This document shows, one piece after another, positions 54,601 through 64,000 of a stretch of 64,000 bases of DNA. Below the pieces are notes generated by a model, which saw only the letters and a program-made list of their open reading frames with translations, made no database searches and was not told where the DNA came from. The stretch's first letter is position 1, and each line of letters opens with the position of its first letter. Source of the DNA: Ruditapes philippinarum (Eukaryota); the NCBI RefSeq assembly GCF_026571515.1, contig NW_026859070.1:620001-684000 (forward strand), in the 5' to 3' direction. A program made the translations under genes and the position numbers.

Positions 54601-55204
54601 TAGACAGGGCAGATACAGGAGTGGTTAAATATTATATTTGCAGCATTGTATAATGCATTGCATATGCATTAGCATATGAAATTTTGGCTATTTCCAGAAA
54701 GCAATCTCTTGTCTTATTGTAGGTACGATCAATTCGTAATGAAATACGTCACACAAAGGTACTCAGATCAGGATTCAATTTAGGTATCTAAGTATTTAAA
54801 GAAAAATCCATACACGAAGTAAATATTAAAAAGAATAAATAACGATTTACATGAGTAATGATGGTAACTACATCTTTGCCGCTTTCGGCTTCAAAATTTA
54901 CTGGAACTGGAATACTCATTTTATTGGATCATCTATTAAAAGGTTTTACAAATTTTAACAACGCACGCATTTCTGAGTGATTTCTTATCCGTTTCGTCAC
55001 GGTAACAACGTGTAGTAGTATCATAAAAGATATATAAATTAGAACAAAAACAGCTTCTAATATAACAAAAACATAATTGAGGTTAAATGTGACGTTGAAT
55101 TCATTACAACGTGCACAATTAAGCTGTTATGTAATATATAGGAACGAGTTATTATCCCCCTCCTTTTTACACACTTATCGCCCTTGGGCCTTTAATTCCC
55201 ATAT

Positions 55205-55380
55205 TGGTCCGTTTTAGTTATTATTATTTCACACATAACTTGTCCTCTCCTCCTTTTGCCGCCCTTATGTCCAATCCCGGTTTTGGTTTGGTGTCATCTG
55301 GGTGCCCTGTTGTGGTAACTTAGGTGTGTCGGGGGCTGCGTCCTGTGAACATTGCCTTTGTCTATAATTTGATATTTATT
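55205..55380. mobile_element. Possible Penelope-like terminal repeat remnant (weaker similar remnant near 58570-58670)
   Basis: GC-richer island with ggtgtgtcgggggctgcgtcctgtgaacattgccttt, recalling Penelope-type repeats of molluscs. Recognised by eye only. Confidence 0.25.
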
Positions 55381-56247
55381 CCCGTGTTTTTAACTATTTT
55401 GAACAGCATGTAGCACCAGATAAATGCTCAAAAAATAAAATAAACATCTTTTCAAACCCTTATGTTTGTTTAAGCAAGACGACTTTTTTATCTAATCTTT
55501 TAGCTACCAAGAACCGAAGGTTACTACACAGTTACTACAGAACAATAAGCATACTTGTTTAAGAACAGATGAATAATACACTTGATTGTTTATGACTTAT
55601 TACTCATACAACTTATTATTATTTGGCAACTTCAAAACCCATAAAATTGCAAGTTTCCTGATTACAAATTAAGCTTTTCAAATTAGATAAGTAAGCATTT
55701 GTATAAAAAGGATGTTGTCGAGAACATATAAAATGATGGTGAAGAAAATAGTCTTGACTTAAATAGAGACAGTTAGAAAGTAATCATAATTTTATTGTCT
55801 CCGTATCTCATATCTAAAGACCAGAGGTCGAACGCTTAGAAAGCCTCAGTTACTGCCTGGTATAAGTTCTATGACTTATAAATGACTGGTACAAAAGTGC
55901 ATTTGAGAAATGTCCAAGTACTTTTTGGATATTATTGAAGAGCAAACGGAAGTCGATATAAGAGCCTAGTTGAAACCTTTATACTATTCAACTTTAAAGC
56001 TTAGTATGATGAATCAATGATGCAGTTTTTACATGAATCAAATGTAAAATTATATTATATCATTCAACACCCTTGAAATAGTACGAATTTGAGTGGCATT
56101 AAAAAGGTGATATCGTTAACTGAGTCATAAACAACTGTTGTTCTAGCGTTAAATTGTATAATATCGTTTATAATGTACACTTGTTATTATAAAGATTAAA
56201 GTAAATGTTATTATACTCGAACTTGAAATTGGACTAAACGCATTAGT

Positions 56248-56442
56248 GGCGGTGTGGCCGAGTGGTCAACAAGTCGAACAAGTAATCTAAGGATTGCTGA
56301 CCGCGTGAGTTCAAGCCCTCTCAGGGGCAAGCCGTTGTTTCTCTGAGCAAGAAACTTTACATTCATTGTACTGGTTGGTTCCAGGAACGGACTTGAGAGT
56401 GTTTCAATGAACTTATAGCTTCCAACACGATCGAACTAAAAA
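56248..56442 (+). mobile_element. tRNA-derived SINE with V/CORE-like central domain
   Basis: A-box gtggccgagtgg, B-box gagttcaagccc, central gttgtttctctgagcaagaaactttac...gtactggttggttccaggaacgga. Confidence 0.85.
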
Positions 56443-57694
56443 CTAGACGACGCACTGAGTGCAACGTTTGTATTACTTTTAACAAGACATACAATAACAG
56501 TGCGACAATGTGTTATTTTGGCTGATAGTCATAATACATTTTATTTATATGCTTCTAACCGGTACGATTTCTTTGCTGCATTGACCTACATACAATGATA
56601 GAATAAATGCAGAATTGATAATTATGTTAACAGACTGAAGTGATTGTCCAGTGATTAAAATCTTTTAAATGATACTATTTCCTATATTTTGTATAGTGTT
56701 TTCAAACATGTTTCAAGGAATGTATAGGATGCATAAATTGTTTTGTAAATTGTAGTTTTCTAACAAAAAAGCTACACACGATGATGTTTGTCATTTACTG
56801 CGATAGTAGAAAGGTTGATAGATAAAAATATACAAAACAGATAAATTATCATTTTGAAACAACTCATATCTCCTGTCGGTCTTGCATGGAGACGAAGTGC
56901 AAATATAATTCATTTTGACTTTGAAAATCTTTTTACGTCCCTTCAATAACAGGCTTTATACTGCACAAGTTAATAAGTATTAAACACTTTTGATGATGCT
57001 TCGTGATGTTTTTTTTGTTTCCTTCAAAACGAAGGAAAAGAAAATAAATAAAGTAAAAAAACAATGAAATAAATCAATCAAATAAACGCATTTATCATCA
57101 CACCATTCCCAATTTAATTTATTAAGACAATAAAACAACGATTCTGTAACTAATCTACACACATCAATGCTCTTGCATTTTATTAGGATAATAATTTATG
57201 TTCTTACCTACCTCTCATATTGTTAATTCGTTTAATTAATCATAATTGCTGCGGCAGATAGAAACAGCTAGAAAATCGTTTACAATTATGAATTATGCAA
57301 GAGCAGTTTTTGGAAAAGCAGATATATTTCTTTGAATCATTCAATATCATTTGAATTCATGTATTACCTTACAAATGTATTGTGGTTTATTTCGTATTAC
57401 CAAGTGTACTCCTGTGAGTCTAGTATGTGATTCTCGGGAACGCAGCTAGATATCTAATAACACTTTTATCAGTATAAATAGAACAGACTTTCAGAAGATT
57501 AATGTAAAACCCACATCTTGGGTTACTTTTAACGCAAAACTTACGTTTACAAAAAGGAAGTACAGTAATATGTCGCTCAGTACATTATATCGCTTTATTT
57601 TGTTCAATATTGATGAAATGCACGTGCACAGTCTATAAATAAATTAGCCAATTATAATTAAGATAAACATCATCTGATATAATAGAACACATAC

Positions 57695-59882
57695 TTGCCT
57701 TCCAGCTGTGAACGGGAAAATAAAGTACAACAACGAGAGTACATTTACATTAGTGTGCACCATTAATTAATTACGTAATTATTAAAACAAATTTTGATAA
57801 TGTAAAACAGATTGCAGAAACAGACCATTTTTAGTTCAATGTAAACAATAATATCTGAAAACTCTTATATCCGTCTTTACGGTTTTGCTTCTTTATTTGC
57901 GTTTACTAGTGTTATATAAAATATATGGTCTTTTATCCATTCGTCATTAATTTGCTTTTCCCGATTTCTGTTATTAAGTAGAAATACCAATAAACCGTAT
58001 TATTTATAGCGTAACATATTTCCTAGTGTTCAATAATAATGTGCAAAGCACTATGTACACCATTCTCCATTATGAGTAAAGTTCAACAACGTCCTTCCAA
58101 TCTTTACTCTATCTTTGACACTGCAGTACGGTGTGTACATCAAATTGTCACACATTTATCAATTCTATGAACTTCTTATTTATTATCTGCTTAATTAATG
58201 GAAACGCAATAATATCCAACATTAGAAATATATATTTTTCTAAAATATTTCTAAAATATTGTATATAATAATTATATCTAATACTATCTGAAATTCCTTC
58301 CTCATAGGCAGGAGTACTTAGTGCCTTTTATGGACGTCTGGCTGCATTTCAAATGTCAATTTATATGATCATTTCTGTGTTTTGTTATTTTGTCTTATGT
58401 AACCATGACAATTGTTAGAATTTAACTTAGTGGGGATCACATTTTAATCTACTTTTATTTCGTCAAAGAAACATATTAAGAATCATAGTGAGGTTTGGTG
58501 CGTTTACAAGCGGTTTCCATATTTTTTTGTGTGTGGCTATTTTAAGGCTGTTACTCTCTGCATTGCATTACGTATATGTATTGTGTATTTTTGAAAATGC
58601 CTTGTCGAGGTGCCTGGGTTATGTCAGGGGCATCATTTTGTGACCATCACGTTTTCTTGTTGACCTTTGTTCTCATTGTACTCGTTTTTTTCAGACGTGA
58701 TTGCTTAAAGGTCTTTACGTTTCCCTTTTAATGGCTTCTGTACATTGATTTATCTGTTTTAGTTGTAGTTGTAAGTTTTGTAAACAAAACAAAAAAATAC
58801 AACAATACTATTTCGGAGACATCTTTTCTCACATATTTTCTTTAGAGAATTATCAAAAATTGCATCATTTAAAATAATTAACTAGACGTTTTAGGTCTTT
58901 CTTTATACCTTGTTTTTTGGTACATTTAAAGAAATAATTTTATGTATGATAGATTTGCTTGTTCGTACGGAAACATGAACTTTGTCATTCAATATTCTAT
59001 AGCATTTACAATTATCAGCCGAGCTTCTACGCTTATTTATTGTAACAATGTATCCTTTTAATATAAATATTTGCCATTAAATTGTTTTCGCATCTAACGA
59101 GATGAAATTCCTACAGTTTTCGTTTTTCTCTATTTTATTATTTTTATTATTTGCATTCGCAATTAACACATAATTTAGATCAATGCCAACACTTGAATAG
59201 AATCAATAACGAACAATTGATTTAAGAAAACCGGACTAGAATTAATAATGATATCAGCGGAATGCCAATACTTTTAAATGAAAGCTATTTTGAGACTTTT
59301 CTATCAGAGGGCACTTCAAAGATCCTGTATGTTTTGTGATTGATATTGTTACTGTGTGTATACCACACTTGCAAAAAATATATATGTATATAATTATGCA
59401 AATAAAACCATTTTCAAACATCAAAGAATATGTAAAATGTGAACTGCAAATATGTGTTCACATTATATTTAATCAATCAATTATATGCATTCATTTCTAT
59501 TGGAAAATTTGACTTCGAATTTATAGAAAATAAATTTCTAATTACGTCTCTTTATTTACATGAAATATTAAATTCCGTACTATCTTTATAAATAATGCTT
59601 ACTTGAACTTACAATATTGACAAAACTTAATTTGAGCATCATATTTATGAAATAAAACCATGAAAAAATGTGTTACAGGATCTTTAATAGTTAAATTATA
59701 TAAAAGAAAAGACTACCCCTACTCCATTCAACTCACACGATGGCAAATACATGTTTTTCATACTGCATTCCTGCTTGAAAACAGTACCATTTGACAACAA
59801 TGTTTCTACATTAATGTCACGTCTTTCCCCAAGGTTGTTATAAGGTCTTGTCAATATGCGAGTTTTATCACACTGAACTGGT
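57695..59882 (-). pseudogene. Putative multi-exon gene remnant B (Cys-containing ectodomain exon, hydrophobic exon, 11-nt microexon)
   Basis: Exon 59882-59737 (tttcag|...|gtgagt; open: PVQCDKTRILTRPYNNLGERRDINVETLLSNGTVFKQECSMKNMYLPS). Exon 57854-57775 (ttttcag|...|gtaatt; IIVYIELKMVCFCNLFYIIKICFNNY). Microexon 57705-57695 (ttcacag|CTGGAAGGCAA|gtatgt). Confidence 0.45.
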
Positions 59883-61471
59883 CTGAAAGGAAATCATTGC
59901 GGTGTATCGTATTAACCAAATGCAGAAATATCAATAAACCTTTTAGTTTCTGATCTCAAATCACTTCTCTTATTCACAATAACAGTGTTGGAAGCAAAAT
60001 AATTTAATTATACTTTTAATTAACTGTTACAGTAATAAAAAAGGAAACGAAGTTACAAAAAAATTCAGTCACGTCATGATTGTATTTGAAATTTTACTAA
60101 TTATACTTGTATCAATTCAATTATGTATAAATATATCCCTTTTAAATATATTTTCAGATGATGTGTTACTTTATCAATATATATTTCCTCGGATTGCGCA
60201 AATGTGCTTCACATTTATAATTTATTTCAACATAGATGAGATGAAAATATATATTTAGGCATACATAAATTGATCTAATACTATCTAACAAGTGAATGAG
60301 AAATAACAAAACGAATATTATATGTGTGTGTTTTATTTTTTTTAATAAACAGAAAACAAACTTAAATATTTTTTTTGTGTTAGAAGTGAATTGTCATTAT
60401 TACAGAATAAATTCTGATTGGAAAAGTAAAGAAGATCACGAAGGCAAGTATTTTAAGTATTAAGACCCTGTTACAACCTAAAAAGCATTTTCAGCACGTG
60501 ACATATTTATTATCCGTTCTTGTGTTCACCTATTCCTATTTTTATAACATTTTGAGAAAATAGTATGTAATTTGTTGTGTAAATCATATATCCTTTAACT
60601 TAAAAAATGAATAATAATTCGTTTAATCATTTCTTCGGTGAATAATTACTTGAAAATGATTCTCAATAAAGAATAACCCAGACATGACCCCTTATGAAAG
60701 GCAGAAAGACGTTTGCACTTTTTAGTATCGATTCGCATTTTAGACGGAAGGTTGGTTATTTTGTTATGTAATGCTTCATATCATACATGTACGATGCCAT
60801 GTAGTTATATTAAGCAATAATTATAATAGATTTATCTAGATTTATAAGAAATCTTCTAGTATTCTAAATTTAGTAACAATAGAATGAATCATATTATGAT
60901 GGATACTACTTGAAACAGAATGTTAAAAATGTTCTGGAAACATCTTAATTGGTATATTCAGGGGGTATCTTTAGGTTGTCTTTGGTAACAGTTATCTAAT
61001 ATCAAGTGACAGACACTCTTTAGCTAGATTAAACATATATACATGTATTTGTGTAAGGATTTACAAAGGGTGGGAATTATTTTTAACAGTGTTTTGGATA
61101 TCTAACTTAGTTCTCATTAGATATTGGGATATTTTTAGGATCAATTACGGATTTTGTTGACGATTAACGCCACACACGTCCTCCCTCTAGCACCGGTCTC
61201 AAGACTGATTTTTAATTGAATCCATGATAATACCGAAAAACCCATTTAGTTATCTTAACATATATGTTCTATCACTCTTTTCTTTCTGAGATAACTTTGT
61301 AATTGTCTTCGTGACTACATGTTGCTTTGCTATGCCGATTTGTTGTCCTATTGTTCTAACTGATTTGAAACATGTTTGTTATCAAAGGACTAATAGCCTG
61401 GTAATCAAGCCGTGTCATATTATGCTGCTCTTGATCGTGCAGATGCAGGTGAAGTTATGATTGATTTCTTT

Positions 61472-62753
61472 TCACAAGAAATAAGATTGAGAAATACTGG
61501 AAACTTTGCCTTCCAGCTGCAATACATGGATCAGAAGAAAATAAAAAGAAAATGTACATGGTTCGTGACATGTACTTCTTACTTTTAAAAATGAGAACCT
61601 TGTTTTTGTTATATTTGTAAGTTTAATAAAAAGATTACCCAAAGTATTAAACAGACTTGGAGAATAGCGTTGGCAGCAATAAAGATAAGAAGCAAAAATG
61701 TCCAGCTGCCATATTGTATTGATAATACAGTTGTCAATGACTGACAACTGCTGTGCATTAATTAACAATGTTCACGTCCAAACAATAAAGGAATCCAATC
61801 ATACGGAAACCAACTTGACAATTTTTCAAAGTGAAATAACGCTACTTATTTGTGGATTATGTATTTAATTAAAAAAATACATGAGATTATAAGATTACTT
61901 ACGACTGACACAGAGCTAAAATATAATTTGGATACCTTGAACAGTAAAGATAAAGTTTACATTAAACGTTGACCACATCGTTAGGTCACGCTGACGGTAC
62001 CTTTTGTACCAAAAGTCTAAGTCGGAAGAGTTACTAATCTTTCACCCACACATAGGGAATTTGATATGCACCCACTTTTAAAAACTCCCCCCCAAGAAAA
62101 ACCCTGAATTGTATTGAAAAAAAGAGTTTTGTTTTGAAATACCATGCATCGTTCATTTACCGTTTGTCATTATGTAACAGTTCCTTAACTATCGTTGTGG
62201 TTCCAACGGTGACTTGCGATGTCGTCGAACCTGAATCTTTGTCTAGTATCATCCTTAGATCGCTCGTGCCGCTTGATAACACATATGCTCTTAATGTACC
62301 CGAATTTATTAACTTGTTTTAATGATTCATTTGGTAACAATTTGATTCCAACACGCACGATACACCAGATATGAACTGTTGATGCAGTGCGCCGTTTCTG
62401 CAAAGTAACCATTCACCACAACAGTTTTAAATGTTCTAGAAATGACGCCGAGATGCTTTATGGTTAATTGTCTTGACATTATAAACTATTGTCCTTTCTG
62501 GTGTTTATATTTGTTTGAATTACAATACTAACTTTTTTTAGGCCTTGTGCAATTGCGTAATTACGTAAAAAAGATAACAAATGAATTGCAAGCGACCAAA
62601 AATACTCGTTTTACCAACGTCTTAATACCTCATCGCCAATCGTTAAATCATTTAACATAAACAACAATCAGCTACTTTACAATGTTGTCACATTTATTCC
62701 CTAGATTGTTATAAGATCTTATCCAGATGCCAATTTCATCACATTTAACAAGT
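61472..62753 (-). pseudogene. Putative multi-exon gene remnant A (single-pass membrane protein), paralog of B
   Basis: Exon from 62753 (LVKCDEIGIWIRSYNNLGNKCDNIVK*). Exon 62397-62161 (one stop; Ser/Thr-rich SGSTTSQVTVGTTT). Exon 61750-61639 (SCQSLTTVLSIQYGSWTFLLLIFIAANAILQVCLILW, TM-like). Exon from 61516 (LEGKVSSISQSYFL*). Splice phases are compatible across the last three exons. Confidence 0.45.
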
Positions 62754-63122
62754 CTGAAAATAAGATATTACGGAGGGTCGTATATATATATTCAATACAG
62801 AAAATTAAAGGGACTAGTATGTATCGGTTTTTCTATCGTTTCTAGTAGAATAACACATAAGCACATTATGGTGACCGGAAATGTGTAGTTGTCAAACAAA
62901 TTTAAGGAACTTTTAGATTCGCATTGTTATTGTCTGTGCATAATATATGTACACTATATGGATCAGATTGAAATAAGAATCATTGTTGTCCAGATATTTG
63001 CCGTCAGTAAAAAATATTCAGTCTTTTATTCACTTTGACTATAAAATGAAGTGTTTCCATACATTGGTGCCTTAGTCTGAACATAACATCAATATAAATA
63101 CAACAAATGTGCCTTTGAATTT

Positions 63123-63410
63123 GAGGGCACTGCACTATATATGAGAGCACTACACTATAAAATAGATGAATCAGGTGGCACTACACTATAAATAGATTAA
63201 TCTGAGGGAACAGCACTATAAAATAGATGAATCTGAGGGCACTGCACTATAAAATAGATGAATCTGAGGGCACTACACTATAAATTGATGAATCGGAGGG
63301 AACAACACTATAAGATAGATGAATCTGAGGGCACTACAATATAAATAGATGAATATGAGGGCAGGCACTGCACTATAAAATTGATGAATCTGAGGGCACT
63401 GTACTATAAA
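63123..63410. repeat. Minisatellite, ~31-bp unit, about 9 copies
   Basis: Consensus gagggcact(a/g)cactataaaatagatgaatct. Confidence 0.95.
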
Positions 63411-64000
63411 ATACAGATCTTACTCAAATACATTTCAAGTGTAATCAATGACATAATAGTGATGGATTGCAAATGCGTGTAAACACAAACATGACAAAAC
63501 AGTTGCCATATTCATAAATAAAAGGTTGTCTACGAATTTTTACATTGTAAAAAACTGATCGTTCTAGACTGTTGTCATCAGTACATTGTCATTATATTTC
63601 CAACGGTCGACTCCATTAAATATTTGCTTACATCGAGGCTGGTCTCCATTCGGTCATTACATTTTATCTACTCGTTGTTTTGATCGGTTGTCATGCGTTA
63701 TTTTATATCTGTGTAAACGGGTTATTGGTGATGGACAAGTTTAGCAAACCGATCATCTATTATTAAAACCGATGAAATCCAAAAATATAAGGATGGTCGA
63801 TCCCAAATCTGTCTTTGCCATTCCAAGCTTTTAACTGTTTTGATCGTTTGTCAATGCGTCAGTTTATTTCTCTTTACTTTGCAATCGTTCACTGATGATG
63901 AAAAAGTGTTAATCAGTAAAACTGACAGATTTTTTATCCTAAAAGTTTAGGAATTCCGAAATCAGTCATCGATCGCAAGCATTCGGCATCAAATTATTAA

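Noticed and set aside
50096-56442. tRNA genes at 50096 and 56248
   Set aside because: A/B boxes are present but run into SINE bodies and tails, with no proper cloverleaf acceptor stem.
61639-61712. Signal-peptide first exon MAAGHFCFLSLLLPTLFSKSV
   Set aside because: It has an in-frame stop before the donor. The alternative frame is fully open, TM-like, phase-compatible and matches the paralog.
53725-63910. Hammerhead ribozyme cores at ctgatga words (near 53730 and 63893)
   Set aside because: No flanking stems or properly placed GAAA/cleavage triplet could be built by eye.

Overview
AT-rich, repeat-dense eukaryotic DNA. The SINE, HINE and LINE types point to a bivalve mollusc (inference). 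I found no intact host gene. Main contents: (1) a ~5.85 kb TIR DNA transposon (9580-15433) with the AcademX layout (transposase motifs, XPG/PIN-like nuclease, Cys8 finger), carrying a GT-AG intron, a 2-bp frameshift and a large internal deletion; (2) a ~7-8 kb segmental duplication on either side of it (481-8466 vs 16469-23426) containing a decayed coding-like segment; (3) a Helentron-type non-autonomous element (HINE) with eight ~165-bp satellite units; (4) a 2.8 kb TIR element with a 4-bp TSD and oriented GTTACGGAACATA motifs; (5) a second, older duplication (about 28.9-39.0 kb vs 42.8-47.2 kb); (6) a 5'-truncated CR1/L2-type LINE; (7) a nested stack at 49.0-53.9 kb: a hairpin-ended Crypton-like element contains a 3.8 kb CAC..GTG foldback element (5-bp TSD ATGTA), which itself contains a tRNA-SINE and a 1.15 kb CACGGTG-ended palindromic element (5-bp TSD TAGTT); (8) remains of tandem minus-strand genes for a putative single-pass membrane protein at 57.7-62.8 kb, which the ORF track misses; (9) more SINEs and a 31-bp minisatellite. 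Family names come from recognised motifs, not database searches.
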